Shown: piece by piece, positions 1 to 9,471 of the stretch | Layout: each line of letters opens with the position of its first letter | Numbering within the stretch: position 1 is the first letter of the stretch | DNA from: Candidatus Taylorbacteria bacterium RIFCSPHIGHO2_12_FULL_45_16 | GTDB lineage: Bacteria; Patescibacteriota; Minisyncoccia; Phycocordibacterales; PALSA-1337 | DNA: 64,000 bases | Direction of reading: 5' to 3' | NCBI GenBank assembly: GCA_001821055.1 | Contig: MHRT01000006.1 | Span: forward strand, 8,572-72,571 | The notes under the pieces: model-generated | Database searches by the model: none | Told to the model about the DNA's origin: nothing | The model's input: the letters and a program-made list of their open reading frames with translations, nothing else | Made by a program: the position numbers and the translations under genes

Positions 1-15
1 AAAGACGCTTTTCAT

Positions 16-849
16 TTAATATGTTTTGCCTAAAAATACTTTTTCCAAAACTCCAGTGGAAATAATTTCTTGTGGCCGTCCCTCGGTATAGATTTTACCC
101 TTGTCCAAGACATAGGCACGGTTCGTAATTTCCAACAATGACTTCAAATTGTGCTCTACAACAATGATGGCTGTCTTGCGACGTTCGTTGATCTCGCGGA
201 TCTTGGCGAAAACTTCTTTGACTATCTTAGGTGCCAAACCGAGTGATGGTTCATCCAACAATAATACCTTGGGGTCAGTCATCAGTCCGCGGGCAATAGC
301 TAACATCTGCTGTTGACCACCGGAAAGCGTGCCTGACTTGGCTTTGAGCTTGGCGCGCAGGGCCGGAAAAAGATCCAGGACATTCTCCATTCGCTCCTTG
401 CGCTCCTTGTTGCTCTTCACAGACCAGCCACCAATCTCAATATTTTCATAAACAGTCAAATGTTTGAACACCCGTCTGCCTTGCGGCACGAATGAAATGC
501 CACGATGGACGACTTCATGCGAAACAGGAGTGAAAGCGTGGTCTTCCCAATAAACTCGGCCAGACTCGATCGGAGCCAGACCGAAAATAGCTTTCAGGAT
601 CGTGGATTTGCCGGCGCCATTCGGTCCCATCAGAGCCACCACCTCACCTTCGTCGATATTGACCGAAGTACCATCCAGCGCCTTGACTCCACCATAGTGG
701 ACGTGAATGTCGCGGAGAGAAAGGAGGGTTTCTTTGAATGCCACCGTATTTGACATGACTAAATTATAGCGTCTAGCGAGGATTTGTGGAAGCTTGAGTA
801 TAGGATATTGCAAAATTTGCATTTCTGGAGAAGATATTCTTTCCTTCAC
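16..849 (-). CDS. livF: Branched-chain amino acid ABC transporter ATP-binding protein (LivF-like)
   Basis: Walker A GPNGAGKST, signature LSGGQQQMLAIARGL, Walker B LLLDEPSLGLAP; LivF-type length and motifs. Confidence 0.85.
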   Translation of the reverse strand: MKERISSPEMQILQYPILKLPQILARRYNLVMSNTVAFKETLLSLRDIHVHYGGVKALDGTSVNIDEGEVVALMGPNGAGKSTILKAIFGLAPIESGRVYWEDHAFTPVSHEVVHRGISFVPQGRRVFKHLTVYENIEIGGWSVKSNKERKERMENVLDLFPALRAKLKAKSGTLSGGQQQMLAIARGLMTDPKVLLLDEPSLGLAPKIVKEVFAKIREINERRKTAIIVVEHNLKSLLEITNRAYVLDKGKIYTEGRPQEIISTGVLEKVFLGKTY

Positions 850-877
850 GGCGTGGTTTTTATTTCTGTCACTTTAA

Positions 878-1996
878 CTACTCTTCATACCGCACGAACT
901 TCCCATCTTTGATCATCTTCACAAAAATACTTTTGATGGCATCACCCTTCTCATCGATGCTGAAGGTACCGCCCGCTCCATGATAATCTTTGGTTTCATA
1001 TAAACACGCCTTAACCGCCACGACATTAATGCCGACTTTTTCAAAACAGGAATGGATCAATCGGGCCGCATCATAAGTATTGGCTGCGATAGTATCAGGA
1101 CTGGTTCCAAATTGGCCCTTGTATGAATCATAAAATGATCTGACTGATGAATCAGAATTCAAATCGTCGTATGAATAGGGGTACAACAATCCTTCCGACG
1201 CGCCATCGGATTGTGTCAGCAGTTCCGGTCCTTCAACTCCGATATTATAAAATTGCGCCGTAATACCAAGTTCATTGGCTTGTTTCAAAAGTACCGCACC
1301 TTGTTTCGGCGTAATGATGAGGAAAATATCCGTGGGATTGAGACTTTTGACCTTCGACAGTTCGGTTCGAAAATCATTGGCTTTCGAATCGAACTTCTCG
1401 ATTAATCCTACTTTCTTGCCCTGGGCTTCTATGACCGAACGAAACGTCTTGACGTAAGGATCAGTGATGGCGGTATTCAGTGCCAGGAAATGGATGGTGT
1501 CGCTCTTCATTTTTCCAGCCACGAACCGCGCGAAAATAGGAGCTTCCTGGTCGCTGTTATGGATCATCCTGAAGACATAATCACCCAATTGTGATATTTC
1601 CGAGGACTGCGCTCCAGTGACTATCATTAAAACCTGTGACTGCTCGGCTACAGGACCAGCCGCCATGACTTCGGATGAGCCATAAGGACCAATGATGAAC
1701 TTGGTGTTATCTAAGTCGATCAACTTTCTCAATGCGCTAACGGCCGTCTGGGCTTCATAGCGACTGTCTTCGACGACAAAACTTACCTTATATTTGCCAC
1801 CTGATTCATTGATGTCTTTTTCCGCAATCTCCAAAGCGTTCCTGCTGTATTCCCCCGCATCGGCTCTGGCACCGGTCAACGGAGCAATGACTCCGATCTT
1901 GACAGTCTCCGACGCGGCTGGTCTTTGAGCCACGATGACCCAGATGACCACTATAATAATAATTAAGGCTGTAATTACTTTCGCGGTTTTTGACAT
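878..1996 (-). CDS. ABC transporter substrate-binding protein, Leu/Ile/Val-binding (LivK-like) family, N-terminal TM anchor
   Basis: N-terminal MSKTAK plus hydrophobic helix IIIIVVIWVIV; periplasmic-binding-protein type I fold signature (KIGVIAPLTG...); paralog of 2002, 3802, 8241, 13051. Confidence 0.8.
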   Translation of the reverse strand: MSKTAKVITALIIIIVVIWVIVAQRPAASETVKIGVIAPLTGARADAGEYSRNALEIAEKDINESGGKYKVSFVVEDSRYEAQTAVSALRKLIDLDNTKFIIGPYGSSEVMAAGPVAEQSQVLMIVTGAQSSEISQLGDYVFRMIHNSDQEAPIFARFVAGKMKSDTIHFLALNTAITDPYVKTFRSVIEAQGKKVGLIEKFDSKANDFRTELSKVKSLNPTDIFLIITPKQGAVLLKQANELGITAQFYNIGVEGPELLTQSDGASEGLLYPYSYDDLNSDSSVRSFYDSYKGQFGTSPDTIAANTYDAARLIHSCFEKVGINVVAVKACLYETKDYHGAGGTFSIDEKGDAIKSIFVKMIKDGKFVRYEE

Positions 1997-2001
1997 GGTT
2001 T

Positions 2002-3000
2002 TTATTTTACCTCAACCACCTCATTTCCCTTAACTTGTTTGAGAATCAGCGGTCGTTTATAAACTCCCGAGACATCAAACGTGCCTGACAAATCAAGTTT
2101 CTTTTTTATACACTTTGTATCATTGGAACATTCCTTCACTGCTCCAACTGCTATTCGAGCGGCTTGCTTTGACAATTCATATACAGCTCCTTGGGTTCCC
2201 TCCAAATTTCCAGGGTATGAATAGAAAACATCAGGAACCAAGGTGCGGACAGCCGGTAACTCAGTAACGTAAGTTCCGAATATTGGTGCCATCACGCCAA
2301 GTTGACGCAGTTTGATGACTCCATTACCGAAAAAGAAAGCGGCATCTGGAGAATAGATGGCATCAGGTTTCTCCGCCTTTATTTTTGCCAATTCTGATGC
2401 CACATCGCTATTTGCGTCGACAAATATATGATCAATTATTTCTCCGGTGAATTTTTGCTTGAATGCCTTCACATGAGTTTCAGAAAATGCATTGCGATAA
2501 CTGACCAAAGCGACCTTCTTGTATCCCCGTTCGTTCATTTTCATGGCCACAAAAGTGGACTCATCCTCAAGCGAATACTGGACGTTGAAGAAATTTCCTC
2601 CACTCTGTGAATAGAGATCACTTGAAGCAGCTGACGGTACAAGCACAATTGCACCAGTTTCCTTGATGAGCGGTATCACAGCTTCTTGCGGCGATCCGCA
2701 AACCGGACCAATGATGACTTGTATCTTTTCAAATTGTACCAACTTATTGAACGCGGAAACCGCATCCTTCGGCTCGCACTTGTCATCCTCAAAGACGAAT
2801 TCAACGTCAGGAGTTGATGACGCTTCAGATAACACGCCCTTGCGAACTTCCTCGCCATAGTCAGCAAATGGTCCCGAGAGCACAGATATAACACCAACTC
2901 GCAGTGGTTGGTTTGCCGGCTTCTCCCCCTTGGTCGCGATGATCCAGATGATCAGGGCGACAACTATTACCGTAATGATGATTTTTAGCGTCTTTGACAT
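2002..3000 (-). CDS. ABC transporter substrate-binding protein, LivK-like family paralog, TM-anchored
   Basis: MSKTLKIIITVIVVALIIWII anchor then RVGVISVLSGPFADYG; same family as adjacent SBPs. Confidence 0.75.
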   Translation of the reverse strand: MSKTLKIIITVIVVALIIWIIATKGEKPANQPLRVGVISVLSGPFADYGEEVRKGVLSEASSTPDVEFVFEDDKCEPKDAVSAFNKLVQFEKIQVIIGPVCGSPQEAVIPLIKETGAIVLVPSAASSDLYSQSGGNFFNVQYSLEDESTFVAMKMNERGYKKVALVSYRNAFSETHVKAFKQKFTGEIIDHIFVDANSDVASELAKIKAEKPDAIYSPDAAFFFGNGVIKLRQLGVMAPIFGTYVTELPAVRTLVPDVFYSYPGNLEGTQGAVYELSKQAARIAVGAVKECSNDTKCIKKKLDLSGTFDVSGVYKRPLILKQVKGNEVVEVK

Positions 3001-3086
3001 GGTTTTGATGGCTACATTAATAGGTAAATTAGTACGAGGTTATTCTAGCACTTTCAAATAAAAAAAGAACCCCTAACCCAGCATCC

Positions 3087-3116
3087 GATCATTTTGTTGA
3101 CGTCAACAAAATGATC
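3087..3116. promoter_or_regulatory. 30-bp perfect palindrome (candidate operator)
   Basis: gatcattttgttgac|gtcaacaaaatgatc, perfect 15+15 bp inverted repeat centred on GACGTC in divergent intergenic region between SBP gene (2002-3000) and ORF 3229. Confidence 0.5.
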
Positions 3117-3228
3117 ATTTCCGTCAAGCCAGACCTGGTCGGTTTCTAATCTTCATGATTTCTTTATCGTTTCTTCATCAATTCTTTATCACTTCTTCAC
3201 TGTTTCTTCATTCCGGTTTGATACGATT

Positions 3229-3615
3229 TTGAACATGTCAGAAGAATTATGGCGACAATTCATTCAAAAAGCCCGAGAAAGCTACTATAAGATTGGAGCT
3301 ATTCCTTGTCCTGCCTTCGATGGAGAATTAGTATATTTTAATAAATATGGTTGGAATCATATAATTAGGAAAAAAGGCAAAGTTAGACATAGAGAAGAAC
3401 AGATAAGAAGGATCCTCTTGATTCCCTATTTAGCAGAGATAATAAAAACCAGTATTCATTGGAAAGACCACCGTACAGGGAAGGAAAACAGTGAATTCTG
3501 GTCATTTTCAAAAAAATTCAATGACAAGACAATCACCGTGGTCGTACGTCGAGATATGACCAGAAAATATTTCTTCAGCGTTATGGATGCGCGCAACACA
3601 AAAGGCCCCTATTAA
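3229..3615 (+). CDS. Hypothetical protein (128 aa), no recognisable family
   Basis: Clean ORF on opposite strand to flanking SBP genes, followed by hairpin at 3632-3648; basic, no TM. Confidence 0.4.
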   Translation: MNMSEELWRQFIQKARESYYKIGAIPCPAFDGELVYFNKYGWNHIIRKKGKVRHREEQIRRILLIPYLAEIIKTSIHWKDHRTGKENSEFWSFSKKFNDKTITVVVRRDMTRKYFFSVMDARNTKGPY

Positions 3616-3801
3616 GAGCCTTCTGCAGAATCTCTGCGACGTGCAGAGCAAGATTGTTCCGGAGGGACCCGAACCCCCTCAACGCCTCTAGCATGCCATA
3701 TATAAATCACGGCCGTAGCCCTGCGGGACTTACTACATCAGAACTGATCTTTATGTGATAAGTTTAGCGGAAAATTGGTAACTGTCAAGAACATGAGCAG
3801 T

Positions 3802-4896
3802 TTATTTCACCTGAACCGGCTTGATCTCTCCATTCTCCACCATATTGATGACTATCGGCTGAATCCTGACTCCCACTTCATCAAATGAAATCGGACCAGA
3901 TACGCCTTCAGTGTTCACATTCTCGATCCCATCAATCCATTTTTTGTCATCAGAATCATAATTTTCTACCAGCACGTTGAATATGTCATACCCAAAATCT
4001 GCAATAAATCCTGGTTCTGCTCCATATTTTTGCTTGAATGCTTCTTGAAAATCATCAGCTTTACCTGATTTGAGCCAAAGAGAACGCGCGCCATTCAACC
4101 TATTCGTATCACCAAGTATCCTTTTATAATCAGCAAAGCCGGTCTGGAGTTGAGCATCAAAGCCAAAAAATGGTGGCGTCTGATCAATAGTCAATATTTC
4201 CTTAACGGCAATTGCACCATTTTCCGGAGAGGTCAAGAACACCACAGCATCATAATTTTCAGCCGATATTTTTATTGCATAGTCACGAAGATCCGCTCTT
4301 TCACTCACAATGAATGGAGTAAATCCACCCTCATAACCATCGCTGAATGCATTGAAGAAGCTCAAGCCACCGGCAGTATTGTCGTAAATGACAGCTACTT
4401 TTTTAAACTGGTAATTATCTTCTAGATACTGTGCAAATTGTATAATCGGCGCTTCGCCAGAAGGACTCATCTGGAAGATGTTGTCATTCGCTACCCCCAC
4501 AGTTTGTATGCCAAGTTGCATGACCGGAATTCCATCCTTAATCATATCAGTGTGAATAGCATCAATGACCGGTGTTGAAAGCATCATGATTGCGTCGACT
4601 TTGTCGAAATCCATGAGCTTCCTGTAGGCACTCACGCCCTTTTTGGTTTCAAATCCATCATCTTCGATAACCATTCGTATCGAAATGTCGGGATTACTTT
4701 TTCTATATTGGTCAAGGGCAAGTTCAACACCTTTCTGGTAGTTCTGTCCGGCAACTGCATATTCTCCTGACAACGGGAGCATCAAACCAAGCGTCAGTTC
4801 CCCTGGCAGGCGTGAGACATTCCTGAAGACAATAGATATGGCAATAACGATCAATACAGCCACTGATATCCAGATTAGTTTTGTTTTATTTTTCAT
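3802..4896 (-). CDS. ABC transporter substrate-binding protein, LivK-like family paralog, TM-anchored
   Basis: MKNKTKLIWISVAVLIVIAISIV anchor; PBP type I-like body (LGLMLPLSGEYAVAGQ). Confidence 0.75.
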   Translation of the reverse strand: MKNKTKLIWISVAVLIVIAISIVFRNVSRLPGELTLGLMLPLSGEYAVAGQNYQKGVELALDQYRKSNPDISIRMVIEDDGFETKKGVSAYRKLMDFDKVDAIMMLSTPVIDAIHTDMIKDGIPVMQLGIQTVGVANDNIFQMSPSGEAPIIQFAQYLEDNYQFKKVAVIYDNTAGGLSFFNAFSDGYEGGFTPFIVSERADLRDYAIKISAENYDAVVFLTSPENGAIAVKEILTIDQTPPFFGFDAQLQTGFADYKRILGDTNRLNGARSLWLKSGKADDFQEAFKQKYGAEPGFIADFGYDIFNVLVENYDSDDKKWIDGIENVNTEGVSGPISFDEVGVRIQPIVINMVENGEIKPVQVK

Positions 4897-5046
4897 ATAC
4901 CTATCTTATTATTAAATCTGCGATAATAATGATATCAGAAAATACTAAATCATACCAAATTTAAACAATGTACCGTATTCACCTTGTATTATATAAAGAT
5001 TCTAAGAATTCTTGACGAATTTTTCGACAAGGAGTAATATGTACAC

Positions 5047-5874
5047 ATGTATATTGGAACAAAAGCGGCGGCCTTGCTAGGTCTTACCCCAAGCGACGTA
5101 ACTATACTTAAGGCGATTTCCTCCAAGGAATCAGCCATACCTGACATAGCCTCAAGGACCGGTGTACCTCGCACTTCCCTGTACTACATGCTGTCAACAT
5201 TAGAAAGGCGTTCACTTGTCTCGAATTATGAACGTCGAGGTAAAAAATATTGGAAAACCTCATCAGTCGAGGAATTGCGTACGAGATACACCTCCCTATT
5301 TAATGGATTTGATAGTCTTAAAGACGATAGAATCGTGAAGGAAATGTCTCGGGAGACAACAGTGACGTTTTATCGTGGAAATTCCAATGTTATCAATGTG
5401 TTAAGAGAGATATCAGACCTGCCACTAAAAAGTAGATTCTATGGCATCCAACCAGAGGCTTCTATCATTCAAGCGGTCACAAGAAATGACATAAAAGAAA
5501 TAATCCGCTTCAATCGGAAGATAAATTCTAAAAAGTTGATAGTAGAAGGTATCATTCATGAGAAAGGAACTGATTCCATGATTAAAGTCTTGCCTACGAG
5601 AATCGGAATAGAACTCTTAAAAAGTTTCTCAAATCGCTCTGCCGACACAGTCAAACTACCAGATAATTATTTAAACAAAACAAAATCAGAGATATATCTT
5701 TACAATAACAAAATCGCCATCGTTAATTGGTCGGAAGAATTCGCAGTTATTATACAAAATAAAGATGTCTTCGATCTACTCAAAGAAATGTTCAACTCGA
5801 CCAAATATCTTCTCGAGAGATACGATCAGAACGAAAAGATCGCCAGAAAACTTGTGGACTTCGGCAGTGTCTAA
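5047..5874 (+). CDS. Winged-helix transcriptional regulator-like protein (TrmB/MarR-like N-terminal HTH)
   Basis: N-terminal segment LTPSDVTILKAISSKESAIPDIASRTGVPRTSLYYMLSTLERRSLV resembles TrmB-type wHTH; TTGACG-N17-TAATAT promoter-like site upstream (approx 5003-5031). Confidence 0.5.
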   Translation: MYIGTKAAALLGLTPSDVTILKAISSKESAIPDIASRTGVPRTSLYYMLSTLERRSLVSNYERRGKKYWKTSSVEELRTRYTSLFNGFDSLKDDRIVKEMSRETTVTFYRGNSNVINVLREISDLPLKSRFYGIQPEASIIQAVTRNDIKEIIRFNRKINSKKLIVEGIIHEKGTDSMIKVLPTRIGIELLKSFSNRSADTVKLPDNYLNKTKSEIYLYNNKIAIVNWSEEFAVIIQNKDVFDLLKEMFNSTKYLLERYDQNEKIARKLVDFGSV

Positions 5875-5877
5875 GCA

Positions 5878-6630
5878 CTACTCCCCCAAATACGCCTCAA
5901 TAACGTCTTTGCGCGCCAGCACCTCGCTCGGCTTCCCTTCTGCCAATAGCTGACCGGCATCCAGCACATAGAGATGATCGGACAATTCGCGGATCAGGTC
6001 CATGTTGTGCTCGATCAGCACCACCGTCTTGCCGTGCTCGCGTAATTCCTTCATCACTGCCACCACCGTCTTCGTCATTTCCGGAAAAAGTCCGGCGAAC
6101 GGCTCGTCGAAGAAGACAATCTCGATATCACCGACGCCACCATGGACAATGGCCAGCACTCGGGCGATCTCCAGAAGTTTACGCTGGCCATAAGAGAGGT
6201 TCTTGGCCAGCTCATTGCGCTTGTCCCAAAGACCAACTTTCCGGAGCACTTCCTCGGCCTTCTCCAAATGAAAGGCTGTGTGCCTCTCGAACAGCGACCG
6301 CCAGATGCTCCGCTCCGTCAGGACCACCAGGATATTATCCAGAACCGGCATCTGTTCGAACAAGCGGACATCTTGGAATGTGCGAGTTATGCCATAGAAC
6401 GGGACTTCGTAGGCTCTAATACGGGTTAGTTTTTCTGCGCCAGCAATGATGACTTCTCCGCCATCGATCTCGTGCATGCCAGTGAGGACATTGACCAGTG
6501 TTGATTTGCCCGAGCCGTTCGGCCCGATGATCGAGGTGATCTTGCCTGACTCAAAGGAAATCGAAAGTTTGTTGACGGCATAGACTCCGTCGAAGTGCTT
6601 GGTCAGGTTGTGGGTGGTAAGGAGGGGCAT
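5878..6630 (-). CDS. livG: Branched-chain amino acid ABC transporter ATP-binding protein (LivG-like)
   Basis: GPNGSGKST Walker A, LSYGQRKLLEIARVLA signature, FFDEPFAG Walker B, LivG-type N-terminal extension. Confidence 0.85.
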   Translation of the reverse strand: MPLLTTHNLTKHFDGVYAVNKLSISFESGKITSIIGPNGSGKSTLVNVLTGMHEIDGGEVIIAGAEKLTRIRAYEVPFYGITRTFQDVRLFEQMPVLDNILVVLTERSIWRSLFERHTAFHLEKAEEVLRKVGLWDKRNELAKNLSYGQRKLLEIARVLAIVHGGVGDIEIVFFDEPFAGLFPEMTKTVVAVMKELREHGKTVVLIEHNMDLIRELSDHLYVLDAGQLLAEGKPSEVLARKDVIEAYLGE

Positions 6631-6636
6631 GGATTT

Positions 6637-7326
6637 TTATGCCAGATTAATCAGGCTTTTTGTGATACGTTGAACTTCTTTTCTGAAAAATTCCTTTACT
6701 ACCTTCCAGCTTACTTCGAAGTAAATTTCTGGGGTAGGATCATCTTCGGCATCCTCAAAATAGACAAGGCTTTTGAGGACATGGCTGGGGTTTTGTTTGA
6801 CTGAATATTGGAGTTGCGCGGACTCAATACTCTTCATGAGGTCTTGAACGTGGAGAGAAATCCAGTAGAGGTCGATGAAATCGCGTTTTTTGCCGCGTTG
6901 ACATATTGCCACGATTTTCATGGCGGCGATGTCCTCAGGTCTGACCAGAGAAACAGTTCCGATCTTTAAAAACGGCTTGGAAAAAGTGACGAACGGATAG
7001 GCGATCAAGCTTATTTTAGCTCCATCAATTTCCCCGAATATCGTCCCTGGACTAAGTGAGGTTGTTTTCCATGCCCCAAGCATACTCAATGTCTCTTCAG
7101 CTTTTTTTTCGTCAAAAGATTTCTCGGTGGTGAAAAAATCAAGATCTACGGACTTGCAATGTCCGACTTGCAGTGCAAGCGCTGTTCCCCCAGCCAAATA
7201 CCATCCGCCTGTTGAAAAAAATTGAAAGGTAATGCATTTCAAAAATGCCTTCTGCGTGACATCAGGCAGAGCACTCAAATGCAATCCATCTAAAACTAGT
7301 TGATCTATGTTAGGAGAAGCGTCCAT
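6637..7326 (-). CDS. Nucleotidyltransferase, AbiEii/DUF1814-like (type IV TA / abortive infection toxin family)
   Basis: Motifs YLAGGTALALQVGHCKSVDLDFF and KIVAICQRGKKRDFIDLYWI match the AbiEii NTase fold signature; 6 bp upstream of livG stop, overlaps upstream small ORF by 22 nt. Confidence 0.6.
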   Translation of the reverse strand: MDASPNIDQLVLDGLHLSALPDVTQKAFLKCITFQFFSTGGWYLAGGTALALQVGHCKSVDLDFFTTEKSFDEKKAEETLSMLGAWKTTSLSPGTIFGEIDGAKISLIAYPFVTFSKPFLKIGTVSLVRPEDIAAMKIVAICQRGKKRDFIDLYWISLHVQDLMKSIESAQLQYSVKQNPSHVLKSLVYFEDAEDDPTPEIYFEVSWKVVKEFFRKEVQRITKSLINLA

Positions 7327-7529
7327 AATGCTTTTGATTTAGGGGCGACTTGGCTTCGGGGTAAATCCATAACCTGTCTGATCTCTTCTTTTGGATAGGT
7401 TTTGAAAAGCCAGCCAACCTCATCAAGTTGTCCAAAATCCAAAATCCGTTCAATGATGTATCGAGCATTTTTCTTGATATCAATATTGTCCGGATTGGTA
7501 TCCCAGAACAGCGATTGCCTGAATTTCAT
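7305..7529 (-). CDS. Small protein (74 aa), putative cognate partner/antitoxin of the AbiEii-like nucleotidyltransferase
   Basis: Overlaps NTase start by 22 nt (translational coupling geometry); conserved-looking LFWD...ARYIIERILDFG segment; far shorter than canonical AbiEi. Confidence 0.4.
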   Translation of the reverse strand: MKFRQSLFWDTNPDNIDIKKNARYIIERILDFGQLDEVGWLFKTYPKEEIRQVMDLPRSQVAPKSKALWTLLLT

Positions 7530-7588
7530 GCCTATATTATAGCATATTTCAGCTCCAAAATCACCGAAAATGGCAAGTAATTGTCCGC

Positions 7589-8239
7589 TTATTCATCCTC
7601 TAGAAGCGGTGGATATTGTTCAGGACCAACGCCTCGCTGATCAATAACTTTCGGAAGATAGTCCATCTCATCGACCCGCTTGGAGGCGCGGCGACCAATA
7701 TATTTAAAACTGAATTCATGGCTGTCTCCAAAGTCGAATACAAAATTAAGTCTGGGATAAGCAACGTAGTCCAGCTCCGCAATCCGAACCATATTAGTGT
7801 GATATGTCGGATATTGGTCGTTATCGAAACCCCTGGAACCTATAGAGTAAGGCGAGTATGAATGCCGAAATACTTTGCCATTCCTGATCTCTGGAAAATA
7901 GAAAGCGTGCAAATGATCATTATCCCAACCCATTGATTCTATTATCCCCTTGGCCAGATCCCCGAATGTCTGACTGCCTTCAATTTCAAATTCGCGCCAA
8001 ACCGGCTTTTTCCAAAGATAATCAACGCGGAATTTGAATACGTCTTGATAAAACGGTTCTTTCTTCTCAAAGACTCCGCTCATGTATTTTTTATAATCTT
8101 CATATTCCTTGATGATCCCCTTCAAGGCCTCAACATGCCTCTTCTCGGCGATTGCCTGATTGATCGTCTTGTAAAAAGACTTTTCGCCTTGGATCGGTGG
8201 GATGTGTCTGGTCAGGTTTTTTGTAGATAATGCAGGCAT
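7589..8239 (-). CDS. pRiA4b ORF-3-like family protein
   Basis: VWREFEIEGSQTFGDLAKGIIESMGWDNDHLHAFYF matches the hallmark W-R-x-I-E-V...L-H-x-x-I-x-x-x-F-G-W-x-x-x-H-L-H-x-F motif of PF07929. Confidence 0.6.
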   Translation of the reverse strand: MPALSTKNLTRHIPPIQGEKSFYKTINQAIAEKRHVEALKGIIKEYEDYKKYMSGVFEKKEPFYQDVFKFRVDYLWKKPVWREFEIEGSQTFGDLAKGIIESMGWDNDHLHAFYFPEIRNGKVFRHSYSPYSIGSRGFDNDQYPTYHTNMVRIAELDYVAYPRLNFVFDFGDSHEFSFKYIGRRASKRVDEMDYLPKVIDQRGVGPEQYPPLLEDE

Positions 8240-8240
8240 A

Positions 8241-9353
8241 TTATTTTAATGATTCAATCTTACTTACCTTGCCACCATTTAGTTGGAATACAGCTAGTGG
8301 AAGATGGCTACGACCATCTGAAGAAATAGTGAGTTTTCCAGACGTTCCTTGATACTCCTTAAAATCTTTCATAGCTTCTAATATCTCTTTTTGGTCCGTG
8401 CTCTTTTTCAGGAATGAGAACAATATGTTGGCGGAGTCATATGATTGACCGGCTGGCATCCCTGGTGCTACTCCAAATTTATCGGTAAATTTTTTGATAA
8501 AATCAGTTGCATAATAATCCGGAGCAATAAATTGTAGACCCTCCGTCCATTGAGAAGTCTCACCTGCTAAATAATCATCAACTTCAATACCATAAAGTTT
8601 TCCTTTGAAACCCAGATTGTGGACCTCTTTGCTCGAATTAACGAATTGATAATAGGTTCCGAAATAAATAGCTTCAGGTTTCGTCGCTAAAACCTTTGTG
8701 ACAGGCAACTTCATATCTGAAGCTGATGGCTGCACAACTTCAACATCGGTCACGTTGCCTCCTAGTGCCTTAAATTTATCGACAAAAGCATTAGTAACAG
8801 TTTGCTCCCAAGCATCCAATGTTCCAATTACCCCTACCTTGCGAATACCTTGATTGTAGACATATTCTGCTAGTTGGCCTGACTCGCTTTCGGCATCAGT
8901 CCAAATAAGAACTGGGTTGCTTAGATTTGTACGATTCTGCACAGGAAGAAACCCAGGTGCAATTGAAGGGATTTGGGTTTGTTCAATCAAAGGAATAACT
9001 GACGCGGTTTCTGTTTGATTTAAAGGTCCAATAATAGCAGTTACTTTTTCAATTCCTGTAGCGTGTTGAAAGACAGAAACTGTACGCTTTGGATCGCTAG
9101 CAGTATCTTCATAAATCATCTGGATTTGTCTGCCATTAATTCCTCCTGCGTTATTAATTTCTTCAGTAGCAAGCTCAATTCCTTTCTTAGCATTTTCTCC
9201 CCATGCGGAAGCACCCCCAGTAAGACTGAGGAGTGAAGCGACTTTTATTGGTTCTGTGGATGTCGGAGTAGTACTTGGTGATTTGCTCGAGACTGCCCAG
9301 ATGATGAGAATGACGACGATAATGGCCATGATCACTCCGATTGTTTTTTTCAT
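8241..9353 (-). CDS. ABC transporter substrate-binding protein, LivK-like family paralog, TM-anchored
   Basis: Likely start MKKTIGVIMAIIVVILIIW (ATG at 9353; the longer tracked ORF starts upstream without SBP-like sequence); PBP type I-like body. Confidence 0.75.
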   Translation of the reverse strand: MKKTIGVIMAIIVVILIIWAVSSKSPSTTPTSTEPIKVASLLSLTGGASAWGENAKKGIELATEEINNAGGINGRQIQMIYEDTASDPKRTVSVFQHATGIEKVTAIIGPLNQTETASVIPLIEQTQIPSIAPGFLPVQNRTNLSNPVLIWTDAESESGQLAEYVYNQGIRKVGVIGTLDAWEQTVTNAFVDKFKALGGNVTDVEVVQPSASDMKLPVTKVLATKPEAIYFGTYYQFVNSSKEVHNLGFKGKLYGIEVDDYLAGETSQWTEGLQFIAPDYYATDFIKKFTDKFGVAPGMPAGQSYDSANILFSFLKKSTDQKEILEAMKDFKEYQGTSGKLTISSDGRSHLPLAVFQLNGGKVSKIESLK

Positions 9354-9471
9354 GGAATAAGCTGGCTTAAGGTATTCCTTGATTAATGAGAAAAGTATAG
9401 CAATATTGCGGAAAAATGCTACTGGGGTGGCGTGACGTTTCCTTTTGTCTAAATTCCTGTAAAATAGCAAG

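Noticed and set aside
3657-3684. Full tRNA gene at the T-arm-like hairpin
   Set aside because: Only a T-arm-like stem-loop can be folded. No acceptor/D/anticodon arms in the flanks, so not annotated as a tRNA (kept as a finding only).
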